From a virus (taxonomy: Duplodnaviria > Caudoviricetes): a stretch of DNA of 64,000 nt. The position numbers were made by a program, and so were the translations under genes. Location: the IMG/VR virus record IMGVR_UViG_3300029288_000175, positions 222 to 64,221 of that record, one strand, 5' to 3'. The notes beneath the pieces are model-generated. The model was given only the letters and a program-made list of their open reading frames with translations. It had not been told where the DNA came from and did no database searches. Positions 1-9,638 of the stretch are shown here, one piece after another. How positions within the stretch are numbered: position 1 is the first letter of the stretch; each line of letters opens with the position of its first letter.

Positions 1-11
1 ACGCGTATGGT

Positions 12-311
12 ATGCCGATCCCGGTGTGGGACCACCTGCACCGGACGCGCCGGATGGCGATGGTGACCGCCACGCTGGGGCAGTCGCGCGACGGCAACGC
101 CACGCTGTGGCGCGTCAAGGTTCACCCATTCTGCCGTGACGAGGTCACGACCACCATCGTGACCTACACCAGCACCGGCATGGTGTTCACGCTGGCCGAC
201 TGGCAGGGACCGCAGCCAGACGAGGCAGCTGACGTGCCGGAGTTCGCATGGGTTGACGACCGGGGGCGGCCGGCGATCATCATCGACGGCTGGCCCGTCA
301 CCATTCGCTGA
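12..311 (+). CDS. hypothetical phage protein
   Basis: ORF at the start of a co-directional + strand run. Confidence 0.6.
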   Translation: MPIPVWDHLHRTRRMAMVTATLGQSRDGNATLWRVKVHPFCRDEVTTTIVTYTSTGMVFTLADWQGPQPDEAADVPEFAWVDDRGRPAIIIDGWPVTIR

Positions 312-323
312 GGGGAGAGGCAC

Positions 324-629
324 GTGATGACGTTGGTGGACCTGCTCCCGGACGAACGAGTGGCACGACTGGACGCGGATAGCCAGGCGCGGCGCCAGGA
401 CAACCCGCTCCTGAGTGACGAGCACATGCGACTGGAGCGCCGCCTCGGCGACCTGGCCATCGGCCTGCACCCTGACGAGTTGCGGTGCCTGGTCGAGGCG
501 GCCACGGCGATGCTGGTGCAGCGTGGGGCACACGTACCAAGCGAGGATCGGTACGTGGTCCCCGACGGCGGGCCTGACGACCACGCCGGCCAGGCGGCCA
601 AGGCCCGGATCATGGCAAGGCGGCGATGA
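324..629 (+). CDS. hypothetical phage protein
   Basis: GGGGAGAGG RBS upstream; 101 aa. Confidence 0.65.
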   Translation: MMTLVDLLPDERVARLDADSQARRQDNPLLSDEHMRLERRLGDLAIGLHPDELRCLVEAATAMLVQRGAHVPSEDRYVVPDGGPDDHAGQAAKARIMARRR

Positions 630-655
630 CGGGCCACGTTGCCCGCACCTGCCTA

Positions 656-683
656 TTGCACGCGCGCAACATTGTGGTATGAT
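656..683 (+). promoter_or_regulatory. sigma70-like promoter with palindromic box over -35
   Basis: TTGCAC-16bp-TATGAT with extended TG; box TTGCACGCGCGCAA 656-669. Confidence 0.75.
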
Positions 684-716
684 GGGTGTAGCACGAACGT
701 CAGGGAGGTGATGGTG

Positions 717-932
717 ATGCCGCAGACCACGGAGAACACCCCGTCGGGGGATTGGTTGTTGGCGTGGCGCCGGTGGGCCAGTGAGCACGACGCCCGCGCC
801 ATGGACGAACTGCGGCGGCTCACGGCCGCCTGCCAGTACCCGTACTCGTGGCCGTCGTCCTGGTACGGGGTGGATGGGGGGCAGAGCGAGTACCTGCTGC
901 GCCAGGCGGCCGCGCAGCAGTGCCCGTTCTGA
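717..932 (+). CDS. hypothetical phage protein
   Basis: GGGAGG RBS at 703-708; follows promoter. Confidence 0.65.
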   Translation: MPQTTENTPSGDWLLAWRRWASEHDARAMDELRRLTAACQYPYSWPSSWYGVDGGQSEYLLRQAAAQQCPF

Positions 933-962
933 TCGCGCTAACTAGGACCATCAGGAGGTAAC

Positions 963-1172
963 GTGGGCAACCGAACGTGTGTAGGTGATGCGTGTGCCGA
1001 TCCCGAGGTGGAAGCCGTGCCTGCTCGCCAGTGTGCCAGGTGTGGCATCGGCGAACTCGGTGAGGTCGCGGACGGTGAGGACTACTGCTCCCAGGACTGC
1101 GCCTGGGACGCCGGCTACGATGCGGGATACGCCGACGGTGTCAAGGCAGCGAGAGGAGGCGAGCATGAGTAG
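963..1172 (+). CDS. small Cys-rich hypothetical protein
   Basis: AGGAGG RBS; CxxC...YCSxxC pattern. Confidence 0.65.
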   Translation: MGNRTCVGDACADPEVEAVPARQCARCGIGELGEVADGEDYCSQDCAWDAGYDAGYADGVKAARGGEHE

Positions 1173-2277
1173 GGTGCTGAACGTTGGCGGCGCGGTCCGG
1201 GCGATGTGCCGTTTCGGCAACGCCAAGGCGCCGATGCCAGAGTTGACCACCATGCAGTTCTCCCAGCGCGCCGGCGCACTGACGGTTCGCGCCACGGACC
1301 TGGCCCTGCGCGCCTGGGCCAGCGTGCCCAACGAGGGGTGCGCCGACTTCGACGCCTTCGTCGAGTTGGAGGAGTGCCGGTACCTCTCAGCCCGCGCCGC
1401 GACGGTCCGCCACGTGCCGGGTGCCGTGGGCGCCGACGCTCCGGGGTACTTGGAGTTCGGTTGGGGAGACGATGGCGGCGAGATCCGGCAACGTCTGCCG
1501 TGCTGGTCCGGTACCGGCGGGTCGGCGAAGCTCACCTGCGTCCCGGACACTACAGGGAGCGTCGCCCAGCCGTACACGCGCGAGTGGTTTGGCCACCTGC
1601 GGGCCGTCGCGCGCATCTCTCATGGTGCGTCCAGCCGCTATGAGTCCCGTCCGCTCCTGGAGTCGGTGTACCAGAATGAGGAGATGTTGGCGGCCACCGA
1701 CGGGTACCGACTGGTGACCACGAGCGCTGCCAGCGGCATGCCGCTGCTGATCCCGTGGCAGTTGGTGCGCGCCGCGTCCCGGCACCTCGGCAACGGCGAC
1801 GGTGTCCTCACCGCGACGCCGTCGCACGTCATCCTTAGCAGCCCCGACGGCTCGCTCGGTGTGGCGGTCGAGACTGTCTATGGGCAGTTCCCACCGGTCG
1901 CGCGGATCATGCGCCAGCAGTACACGTCAGAGTGGCAGGGCCCCACGGCAACCCTACGGGACGTGATGGCCACGATCGTGCACTCAGTTGCCCGTGGACA
2001 GTATGCGCGGTGCACGGTGCACATGGGCAGCAGCGGGGTACTCGACATATCGGATGCTGGCAGGCAGATCACGGCGATGGTCTGGGGCTCCACGGAGATA
2101 GAATCCGGCATCGCCGCGTCCGACTTCGACGTGGACGCGCGGTACGTCCTGGACGCGCTACTGCTGGCGGGGAACGAGGCGGCCGTGACCTGGCGGTGCG
2201 GCGGCGCGGCCTCCGCCTCGACGATCATCACGAGTCAGTACAGCAGCGTGATCATGCCATTGTACAGGGAGGAGTGA
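1165..2277 (+). CDS. DNA polymerase III beta sliding clamp-like protein
   Basis: About 370 aa; ATDLAL, LAATDGYRL, GQFPPVARI, VDARYVLDAL and SVIMPL are characteristic DnaN segments; AGGAGG RBS. Confidence 0.75.
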   Translation: MSRVLNVGGAVRAMCRFGNAKAPMPELTTMQFSQRAGALTVRATDLALRAWASVPNEGCADFDAFVELEECRYLSARAATVRHVPGAVGADAPGYLEFGWGDDGGEIRQRLPCWSGTGGSAKLTCVPDTTGSVAQPYTREWFGHLRAVARISHGASSRYESRPLLESVYQNEEMLAATDGYRLVTTSAASGMPLLIPWQLVRAASRHLGNGDGVLTATPSHVILSSPDGSLGVAVETVYGQFPPVARIMRQQYTSEWQGPTATLRDVMATIVHSVARGQYARCTVHMGSSGVLDISDAGRQITAMVWGSTEIESGIAASDFDVDARYVLDALLLAGNEAAVTWRCGGAASASTIITSQYSSVIMPLYREE

Positions 2278-2278
2278 A

Positions 2279-2533
2279 ATGCCCAGGGGGAAGGTGGCGG
2301 AACTGGTGGCTGAGGCCGAGCGTCGTGGCTGGGTCATCGCGATGTTGGAGCATGACCGCGCGGCCACCGTCGAGCATCGCCTGAGCGACGTGCACGTGGG
2401 GCGTCTGCTGATCACGCGCACGCGCGGGGTGTGCTTGGAGGTGCACGGCAACCTCGGCATGGCGTGGCAGAACATGGACGAGGTGCCGACGGTGGCCGCC
2501 GCGGCCACCGCGATGGCCGGAGCGGTGCTGTGA
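2279..2533 (+). CDS. hypothetical phage protein
   Basis: GGAGGAG RBS, tight packing. Confidence 0.7.
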   Translation: MPRGKVAELVAEAERRGWVIAMLEHDRAATVEHRLSDVHVGRLLITRTRGVCLEVHGNLGMAWQNMDEVPTVAAAATAMAGAVL

Positions 2534-3132
2534 ACGCTACCATGCCGCTCGACGTCATGTCCAGCATGGTCGCGTTCCTGCGCGGGGCCGACGACCCCGA
2601 CGGTAGCGCCGCGGTGGAGGTGATGAACATCACGTTCGCGGCGATAGAGGTGGCCGAGGAGGAGATAGCCGCGGCGAAGGTCGCCTACCCCGACCACGCC
2701 GACGCCATCGACAACGTGTTCGCCGTGGCGTATTCGCCGGCCATACCGGTACGAGCGCCGATAGGGCTGCACCGGACACACGTGCGGCAGTTGTGCCGCG
2801 CGGTTGCCCAGGGCAGCGACCTGGACGTGCCGACCCTCGTCGAGTGGGCCTGCATCGTCGGCATGGGCAGCATTGAGTTGGCCGTGGCGCCCAGCACCAA
2901 CATGTGCGTCCCGTTCATGCGGGATGCAGAGACGATGGCCGCGTTCGGCCAGGAGGCGCAGCCGTACCCCGATCACCTGGGTGCTGAGTTGGTGGAGGGC
3001 ATGAAGGCAGCCTACCGCCACGCCTACGCCGCTCAGCACTGGACCCACAAGCCACGGGCTGAGGCGTATCGGCAGTGCCGTCGCGAGAGAGAAGCGCAGA
3101 TAGCGCGACAGTCGCAGCCATCGCTGCTGTAG
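2530..3132 (+). CDS. hypothetical phage protein
   Basis: GTGA overlap with upstream stop. Confidence 0.65.
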   Translation: MNATMPLDVMSSMVAFLRGADDPDGSAAVEVMNITFAAIEVAEEEIAAAKVAYPDHADAIDNVFAVAYSPAIPVRAPIGLHRTHVRQLCRAVAQGSDLDVPTLVEWACIVGMGSIELAVAPSTNMCVPFMRDAETMAAFGQEAQPYPDHLGAELVEGMKAAYRHAYAAQHWTHKPRAEAYRQCRREREAQIARQSQPSLL

Positions 3133-3143
3133 GGAGGAACGAA

Positions 3144-4028
3144 GTGCAGACGACGAACATCCGCGGGCTGCCCGTGCCTCTGGCGCGGGCCATCGCCCAC
3201 AACGACTACGACCACTTGCCGGGCGCCTACTCGGTGACGAGCCTGGTTAGCCCGCCACGCATACGCATTCTGCGGGAGCGGCACGGTGACGAGATCGTAG
3301 AGGATGTGGCAGATCGCATCTGGCTGTTCCTCGGAACGGCCGTGCACCACGTGACGAACGAGTGGGGAGTGGTCGGGAACGCCCTGCAGGAAGAGCGCCT
3401 GTGCATGCTGCTCGACGGCGCGATGATCGCCGGCAAACCTGACCTGTACCAGGAGGACGGCACGGTGACCGACTTCAAGGTCACCAGCATGTGGTCGGTG
3501 GCGGGGGGGGAGGTCAAACCCGACTGGGTGGCGCAACTCAACTGCTACGCCGCGATCCTGCGTTGGACCGGGTTCCCTGTCCACAACCTACAGGTAGTCG
3601 CCATCCTCCGTGACTACTCGGCAAACCGAGCGCTCGGCAACAGCGACCTTCCCGACAAGGCGGTGATAGCGCTGCCGGTGCCGCTGTGGTCGCACGTGGA
3701 CGCTGAGGAGTACCTGCTGGCCCGCCTACGACTGCACCGGGGTTCTGAGGCACTGAAGGACGAGTACCTGCCAGAGTGCACGGCAGAGGAGCGGTACCAG
3801 GACCCCTCGTGGTGGGCGGTCATGAAGTCTGGCCGCAAGTCGGCCTTGAAGCGGTTCCCCGCCCACCAGCGGCTAGAGGCCGAGGCGATGGCGGAATCCG
3901 TCGTTGGCGGCTACGTTGAGGAGCGACCCAGCGAACCGAAGCGGTGCCTCTCGTACTGTGACGTCGCGCCGTGGTGCTCCTGGTTCCGCCAGTGGCAGGC
4001 GAACGCCGCGGCCGCGCCTGAGGAGTGA
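3144..4028 (+). CDS. PD-(D/E)XK exonuclease, Cas4-like phage nuclease
   Basis: GTAVH, GKPDL..DFKVT, QLNCYA and terminal CLSYCDVAPWC; GGAGG RBS. Confidence 0.8.
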   Translation: MQTTNIRGLPVPLARAIAHNDYDHLPGAYSVTSLVSPPRIRILRERHGDEIVEDVADRIWLFLGTAVHHVTNEWGVVGNALQEERLCMLLDGAMIAGKPDLYQEDGTVTDFKVTSMWSVAGGEVKPDWVAQLNCYAAILRWTGFPVHNLQVVAILRDYSANRALGNSDLPDKAVIALPVPLWSHVDAEEYLLARLRLHRGSEALKDEYLPECTAEERYQDPSWWAVMKSGRKSALKRFPAHQRLEAEAMAESVVGGYVEERPSEPKRCLSYCDVAPWCSWFRQWQANAAAAPEE

Positions 4029-4032
4029 TGAG

Positions 4033-4800
4033 GTGCCCGAGCCAACGCGCCTGAGCGACCTGATACCGCGCCGGCCGGCCGGGGGCGAGGAGGTGCCCCC
4101 GGTTGGACCGGCGTGGGTTGAGCGCGAGTGCCAGGCGTGTCACGGCGCCGGCGTGGTGCTGGTGGACGATGGCAGCGCGTCGCGCATCTATGGCGGCGGG
4201 CGGTTGGTGCCATGCCCACGGTGCGACGCGGGGCGTCAGGCCAGGGAGCGGCACCTGCGCTCCCTGGACGGCATGAACGACGAGCAACGCCTCATGTCGT
4301 TCGCGAACTTCGAGCCGGAGGAGAACGCTGCCGCCCTGCACGCCGTGCGGTGGGCCACGCAACTGAGGCACGGCGTGATCGTGCTGACCGGCACGTACGG
4401 TGTTGGCAAGACGCATCTGCTGAGCGCAGCGGTGAACGCCAGCCGCGATGACGCCCAGGGCACCGGCCTCGCGGTGTACGTGACCATGCCGGAGCTGATG
4501 AACCGGATCAGGAAGGGCATCGACCACCACGAGGACGTGGTGGCGCGGTACGTGTCGTTGCCGGTGCTGGCCCTGGACGAGTTCGGGCGCCAGCACATGA
4601 CCGACTGGGGCAGAGAGCAGATGTTTCGGATCGTGGATGGCCGCTACCTGGCGGCGCGGTCGAAACTGACGCTGGTGGCGAGCAACGACGAACCGGCTGA
4701 GTGGCCCGGCTACGTGCGGTCCCGGTTTACGGACCGCCGCTGCCAGGTGCTACGGATGGGCGGGGCGGACAACCGACCAAGGATGGAGTGGGGCAAGTGA
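4033..4800 (+). CDS. DnaC/IstB-like AAA+ ATPase (helicase loader)
   Basis: Two CxxC pairs, Walker A GTYGVGKT, Walker B LALDEFG, LVASN, RSRF. Confidence 0.85.
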   Translation: MPEPTRLSDLIPRRPAGGEEVPPVGPAWVERECQACHGAGVVLVDDGSASRIYGGGRLVPCPRCDAGRQARERHLRSLDGMNDEQRLMSFANFEPEENAAALHAVRWATQLRHGVIVLTGTYGVGKTHLLSAAVNASRDDAQGTGLAVYVTMPELMNRIRKGIDHHEDVVARYVSLPVLALDEFGRQHMTDWGREQMFRIVDGRYLAARSKLTLVASNDEPAEWPGYVRSRFTDRRCQVLRMGGADNRPRMEWGK

Positions 4801-4815
4801 GTAGAGGAGTGAGAC

Positions 4816-5259
4816 GTGACTGACGAGATGTCCAAGGACCTGCACGACCAGCTCAACGACCTGTTGGGCAACGTGGCGCCATCGCAGTCGGGAGATGAGG
4901 CAGAGATACGCGCGTGGGCGGACAACATCGCAGCCCTGCTGGTGTTGGTCGCACAGTCTAGCACGACGGCCCCGGAGCATTCGCAGTGGGCGGTCGCCAA
5001 GGCGCAGGACAATCCCCTGCTGTTCGTCAACGTGGCGAACATGGTCATGGAGGACGTGATGCGGGAGATGGAGGCGGTAGGAGCCAGCTACGCGACGGAT
5101 AGCGCCGATGCTGGCATTGAAGCGCTCATCAAGTTCTCCCACCGCGCCACCCTCGTGGTGCTCATGCTCAGCCTCGCGTTGACTCGTATGGGGTTGCTGG
5201 ACGGCCTGACCGACCTGTTCACGGCGATGCAGGTGCCTGGGGGGACGCAATGGAAGTGA
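4816..5259 (+). CDS. hypothetical phage protein
   Basis: GAGGAG RBS; helical 147 aa. Confidence 0.7.
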   Translation: MTDEMSKDLHDQLNDLLGNVAPSQSGDEAEIRAWADNIAALLVLVAQSSTTAPEHSQWAVAKAQDNPLLFVNVANMVMEDVMREMEAVGASYATDSADAGIEALIKFSHRATLVVLMLSLALTRMGLLDGLTDLFTAMQVPGGTQWK

Positions 5260-5314
5260 TGATGGAGGATGGGGGGACGCACCGGAGAGAGGGCGTGACG
5301 CGCGGGGGCGTCCG

Positions 5315-5611
5315 ATGAGTCCGCTCAACGCCCTGTTGGCTGGCTCGTTCCCGCGCGGCAACGACCGCGGCGGTTGGGTGCCGCGCGGTGACTACGGTGG
5401 CGGGGCGCCGCGCCGCCTGCCATGCGGGTGTCGTGCGGGCAAACGGTGCACGCAGGCGCAGGCCATGTGGCTGGCGATGAACGCAGCGGCGCGCACTGCC
5501 ACACGTACTGGCCGCTACAACCAGTACACGTACCTGAGGCAGGAGTTCATACGGCACTACACCGGCCAGGCGGTGACGCCCGGCGCGATACTCGCAACGA
5601 CATGGAGATGA
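5315..5611 (+). CDS. hypothetical phage protein
   Basis: ORF in co-directional run. Confidence 0.55.
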   Translation: MSPLNALLAGSFPRGNDRGGWVPRGDYGGGAPRRLPCGCRAGKRCTQAQAMWLAMNAAARTATRTGRYNQYTYLRQEFIRHYTGQAVTPGAILATTWR

Positions 5612-5625
5612 TGTGGAGGAACACG

Positions 5626-6069
5626 ATGCTGAGTGAGGAGCAGTTGACCGGCATCGAGACGCGGTGCGAGGCCGCGACTCCGCTCTACCAATACGCGTCG
5701 CACGTCGATGAGGACGGCGACCACTACAGCCGCGTGTTCGACCTCGAAACGCCCGGTCGGATTCTGCTTGTGACCTATGGCGGCAACCACCGTGCTAACG
5801 CCGATCTGGCAGCCGCCGCCCGTGACGACGTGCCCGCGCTGCTGGCCGAGGTGCGACGGCTGGCGGCGGTGGCGAGGGCGGTCATCGCAGAGCGCGAGGA
5901 GGAGCGGCGGTTTTTAGCGCATCGCTATGGGGTCATGGGGATAACACCGCCAGAGCGCCCGCAACGCCACGACCCTGGCTGTTCCAGCGACCTGGCGCGG
6001 TGGATCGAGGCCAGTTACGTCCTTGACGACGCCCTCGCCGCTGCCGGCTACGAGGTGAACGATGCCTAG
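5626..6069 (+). CDS. hypothetical phage early protein
   Basis: GGAGGA RBS; typical MLSEEQLxxIxxRCEAATP...DVPALLAEVRRL phage pattern. Confidence 0.7.
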   Translation: MLSEEQLTGIETRCEAATPLYQYASHVDEDGDHYSRVFDLETPGRILLVTYGGNHRANADLAAAARDDVPALLAEVRRLAAVARAVIAEREEERRFLAHRYGVMGITPPERPQRHDPGCSSDLARWIEASYVLDDALAAAGYEVNDA

Positions 6070-6445
6070 ACTGGCGCAGGGATGCGAGGAGTGCCCGCAT
6101 GTTAGCCGTCCGGTGACGATGATCCCACTCTACATCTGCAACCACCCAGGATGCCACGATGACGGCATCGTCCTGCCTGGTGGCATGCCGGACAGTTGCC
6201 CGTTGCCGGAGGTGGTCGCAACCGCCCAGAACCCCTGGGTACCATGCGGGCAGGCGCTTCCCACGCCGGTCGTAGAGGTGCTGTTGTACCGCTGCATCGG
6301 ATATGCCGAGGCCCCGTACGTGACGAGTGGGTGGTTCTTCGGCGGCCACTGGGAGACGGACGCGGGGCATAGGGAGCGACTCTACTTCGACTACTGGATG
6401 TTGTTGCCGCCCGTACCTAGAGCGAGGTATGCACATGAGCAGTGA
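6062..6445 (+). CDS. hypothetical Cys-rich phage protein
   Basis: Overlaps neighbours on both sides. Confidence 0.6.
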   Translation: MPRLAQGCEECPHVSRPVTMIPLYICNHPGCHDDGIVLPGGMPDSCPLPEVVATAQNPWVPCGQALPTPVVEVLLYRCIGYAEAPYVTSGWFFGGHWETDAGHRERLYFDYWMLLPPVPRARYAHEQ

Positions 6446-7106
6446 AGAGTTGGCCACGGTCCTGGCCGCCCACGCGGCGTGGCTGCGTGACGATCCTGCC
6501 GGAACTCGTGCTGACCTGAGTCACGCGGACCTGTACGGTTCTGATCTGGTAGGCGCCATCCTGCGCGGGGCCGACCTGAGTCACGCCGACATGCACCGCG
6601 CCGAACTGAGTCATGCCGATCTGAGCCGTGCCGACATGAGGAGCATCGACCTGGAGAGGGCCCACCTGTACATGGCCAAACTGGTCGGCGCCCACTTATG
6701 CGACGCTTGCTTGTGCGACGCCGACCTACACAGTGCCGACCTGAGCGGCGCCGACCTGCGCGACACCTGCCTGATGCGCGCCGAGCTGGGCAAAGCCAAC
6801 CTGAGCGGCGCCGACCTGCGCGGCGCCGACCTGCCCGATGCCAACCTGGACGGAGTCAAACTACTTGAGGCCCATGGCATCATCACCCTGGGGCCGATCG
6901 GCTCGCGCGGTGCTATGCTCTACGTCGTGGCGCATGAGCACTGCCGCATGTACCAGACCGGGTGCTTCTGGGGTGACGAGGTCGCGTTCCTGGCCCGTGT
7001 GCAGAACATCCACGGGGGCGACGAGCACGGGCGGGCGTACCGTGCGGCGGTCGAACTCGCACGGTTGCTGCTGCCAGTAGAGGTGGCGAAGGAGGAAGGG
7101 GAGTGA
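6435..7106 (+). CDS. pentapeptide repeat protein
   Basis: A(D/N)L(S/R)xA repeats followed by the GPIGSR...YQTGCFWG phage C-terminal domain. Confidence 0.9.
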   Translation: MSSEELATVLAAHAAWLRDDPAGTRADLSHADLYGSDLVGAILRGADLSHADMHRAELSHADLSRADMRSIDLERAHLYMAKLVGAHLCDACLCDADLHSADLSGADLRDTCLMRAELGKANLSGADLRGADLPDANLDGVKLLEAHGIITLGPIGSRGAMLYVVAHEHCRMYQTGCFWGDEVAFLARVQNIHGGDEHGRAYRAAVELARLLLPVEVAKEEGE

Positions 7107-7315
7107 GCGAGTGGGGTTACGGACATGATGGCGTGTCCGTGTGTATCACGTATCACGGGAAGTTCGTCCCCATCGAGACGGCGGCAAAGCGGTGGCGCAA
7201 GGCCGGCATCACTGCCAGTGCCATTGGTTCGCCCGATTCGATGGGGGAATACATGGATGCCAGGCAGGCTCTCGTGGCCTCCCTCGACGGGCAGGAGGCG
7301 CAGCATGGCGAGTAA
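7103..7315 (+). CDS. hypothetical phage protein
   Basis: GTGA overlap. Confidence 0.6.
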   Translation: MSEWGYGHDGVSVCITYHGKFVPIETAAKRWRKAGITASAIGSPDSMGEYMDARQALVASLDGQEAQHGE

Positions 7316-7793
7316 CCAGACACCGACGGTTCAGAACATCGTGGTCGCCTGGCTCCGCGAACATGAGTACGACGGACTGTACTGCGCCATCCCACACTCC
7401 TCCTGCGCTTGCCAACTGGAGAACATCATGCCGTGCAGTTGCTACATGGTCGTTTGCCGCCCCGGCTACTACCAGCCCTGCCCGCCTGAGTGCGGAGAAC
7501 ACGACTGGCACATCGGGCCGGAGAAGCCGGCAGGGGAGGCAGCGGCACGACCCCACAAGTGCCGCGACGCTGGAACAGCCGTGGAAACCGCCGTCCACGC
7601 CAACGGCCTAGACACGCTACGTACGGCGCTGGCTCGTACGCGTGATGACCCGGTGGAAGCCAGCGCGGCGTACCAGGCACTGGTGCGGGGACTGGAGACA
7701 TTCGCACGTCACATCATTGACCAGTGGAAGGCTAACTACGTCGCCGAGGCGCAGGCCGCCCTCGTCGGACAGGAGGCAGCGCATGGCGAGTGA
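7305..7793 (+). CDS. hypothetical Cys-rich phage protein
   Basis: AGGAGG RBS; GLY..CAC.L.NIMPC pattern. Confidence 0.65.
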   Translation: MASNQTPTVQNIVVAWLREHEYDGLYCAIPHSSCACQLENIMPCSCYMVVCRPGYYQPCPPECGEHDWHIGPEKPAGEAAARPHKCRDAGTAVETAVHANGLDTLRTALARTRDDPVEASAAYQALVRGLETFARHIIDQWKANYVAEAQAALVGQEAAHGE

Positions 7794-8106
7794 CGCGGGC
7801 TTCACCAACATCCTGGCCGTCTATGGTCAGGAGTACTGGCATAGAGACGTGATGGTCATTGGCGACCGGGGCGGTCTGACGGTGCTCCGCGACGTCATCG
7901 ACAGAGCGCTCGCCAAGGGCGCCGCTGAGGCCGACGTGCTCGTGCAGGACGGCGAGGGTTACACGGTCTACGTGGCCAGGGGCGACAGTTACGCTGAGTT
8001 GGCCGATTTGAGGGTGCCGTACAAGCACCCCGTGGCCCGGAGTGAGCACGGGGCGTCGGCCTGGTACTATGTGCTAGGCAAACTGGAGGCAGGACGTGGC
8101 GACTGA
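7783..8106 (+). CDS. hypothetical phage protein
   Basis: AGGAGG RBS. Confidence 0.65.
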   Translation: MASDAGFTNILAVYGQEYWHRDVMVIGDRGGLTVLRDVIDRALAKGAAEADVLVQDGEGYTVYVARGDSYAELADLRVPYKHPVARSEHGASAWYYVLGKLEAGRGD

Positions 8107-8899
8107 GACCGGCGCGATCATGGCCTACCTCATGGGGATGCACCAAGCTCCAGCGTGGGCCGGGTACCGGGAGTTGGCGACAACCACGGGCGCACGGGAA
8201 CTGCGAACTATCGACTACTACGCGATGTCATGCTGGCCGTCGACGGGCCAAACCGCCATCTCCTACGAGGTCAAGGTGTCGCGAGCCGACTTCATGCGCG
8301 AACTAGAGGACCCGGCCAAACGGGCGCCCGCTGAGGACGTGTCCACCGAGTGCTGGTTTGTCATGCCCCCTGGCCTCGTTCGGCCAGATGAAGTGCCGGC
8401 CAGGTGGGGCCTCATGACGTACGCCGACGGCAAGGTCCGCCGCGTCAAGATGGCTGAGCAGCGCCGGCTCACAGCGCTGCCGTTCTGGTTCGTCGCCAGC
8501 CTGGCCCGGCGCAGCCAGGACCCGCCACTGCCACCACCCGCCCCGTTATGGCGGTACGCCGGCCGGGAGTTGACGCGGGAGCAGGTCATCGCTATGGGTG
8601 AGGGCGAACGAGCCGAGACCGTGACGCGGGAGGTTGACCGCCTCGTGCGGCAGGCGCTGGCCGATCAGCAGCAGCGGCAGACTGATGCCGAGGCCATGGC
8701 CGCAGCAGTCCGGGCGCAGTGCGGGTGGACCGTTACCACCCCTGAGGCGTTCCGGCACTGGTGCGAACCCCTCATGCGCGGCCGCCAGGTGACCAGCCGC
8801 ATGGTCGCCTTGTCGGAGCATCTAGCCGACCTGGCGGCGCTCATAGACCAGTGCCTGGCTGAGGGCGACGTGACTGGCGAGGTGAAACATGGCGAGTGA
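8096..8899 (+). CDS. MmcB-like PD-(D/E)XK nuclease family protein
   Basis: RTIDYYAM...YEVKVSRADF...WFVMPPGLV..DEVP..WGL. Confidence 0.7.
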   Translation: MATETGAIMAYLMGMHQAPAWAGYRELATTTGARELRTIDYYAMSCWPSTGQTAISYEVKVSRADFMRELEDPAKRAPAEDVSTECWFVMPPGLVRPDEVPARWGLMTYADGKVRRVKMAEQRRLTALPFWFVASLARRSQDPPLPPPAPLWRYAGRELTREQVIAMGEGERAETVTREVDRLVRQALADQQQRQTDAEAMAAAVRAQCGWTVTTPEAFRHWCEPLMRGRQVTSRMVALSEHLADLAALIDQCLAEGDVTGEVKHGE

Positions 8900-9101
8900 T
8901 GTGTGCCCTTGTTGCTCCGGCAGCGACTTCGTCCAGCGGCGGATCACGAGGCCGCTGGCAGTGGACCTGCGCGTGATGTGCCCGCGTTGCCAGGGTTCCA
9001 GCCGCGTCCGCAGAGGCCGGACCTTTGGCCGTGGCCCGCTGGTTGGCTTGACAGACTGGCAACCCGACGTGCCGTTCCGGGAGTCGGAGATGCAGCAGTG
9101 A
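8889..9101 (+). CDS. small zinc-ribbon protein
   Basis: CPCC...CPRC. Confidence 0.55.
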   Translation: MASDVCPCCSGSDFVQRRITRPLAVDLRVMCPRCQGSSRVRRGRTFGRGPLVGLTDWQPDVPFRESEMQQ

Positions 9102-9289
9102 GTGATATCCACATAGGCGACCGCGTCCGCGTCACCGACTTTGACGGGACGGAGTACAGGACCGGCATAGTGCACTGCATCATACCGATAGCCGACGCCT
9201 GCATGGTGATGACTGACGACGGGAAACTGTGGCGCTGCTGGCTGCCGAGGAAGGGCGAACGGATCGAGGGAAAGGAGCCGACGCCGTGA
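9098..9289 (+). CDS. hypothetical small protein (SH3-like)
   Basis: GTGA overlap; IGDRVRV motif. Confidence 0.55.
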   Translation: MSDIHIGDRVRVTDFDGTEYRTGIVHCIIPIADACMVMTDDGKLWRCWLPRKGERIEGKEPTP

Positions 9290-9435
9290 CGTGGCTGCGG
9301 CGCTTGCTCTGCCTTGCCGGCTTGCATCGGTGGTCGGGCTGGTGGCTCTACGGCTACTGGGACTACCGCGACTGGCAGCAGGCAGCGGTCTACAGGCGGT
9401 GCTACGACTGCGGGCAGTGGGAGTGGCGGGGATGA
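9286..9435 (+). CDS. hypothetical small protein
   Basis: LLCLAGLH.W...C..CG pattern; overlaps neighbours. Confidence 0.55.
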   Translation: MTWLRRLLCLAGLHRWSGWWLYGYWDYRDWQQAAVYRRCYDCGQWEWRG

Positions 9436-9638
9436 CCGCACGCGAAGGACCGCGCCGGCCTCAGGAGCGGCTTGACGATGACGACGGCCCGTACGCGGCA
9501 GGCTACGATGACGGTTGGTGCGCCTGCGAGGACCAGTGGTGGCCGGTGATCCAGGCCGTACTAGACCTGCAAGAGGCTTTTACCGGTGATCGCGATGCCG
9601 ACGCGAACGCCATCGCGGAGAGGATGGGGGGACGGTGA
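9432..9638 (+). CDS. hypothetical small protein
   Basis: ATGA overlap. Confidence 0.5.
   Translation: MTAREGPRRPQERLDDDDGPYAAGYDDGWCACEDQWWPVIQAVLDLQEAFTGDRDADANAIAERMGGR

Noticed and set aside
3144-4028. Cas4-like gene as part of a CRISPR-Cas system
   Set aside because: No other cas genes or array; solo Cas4-like nucleases are common in phages.
6435-7106. Pentapeptide repeat protein as a novel system
   Set aside because: Very common in phage early regions; no unusual context.
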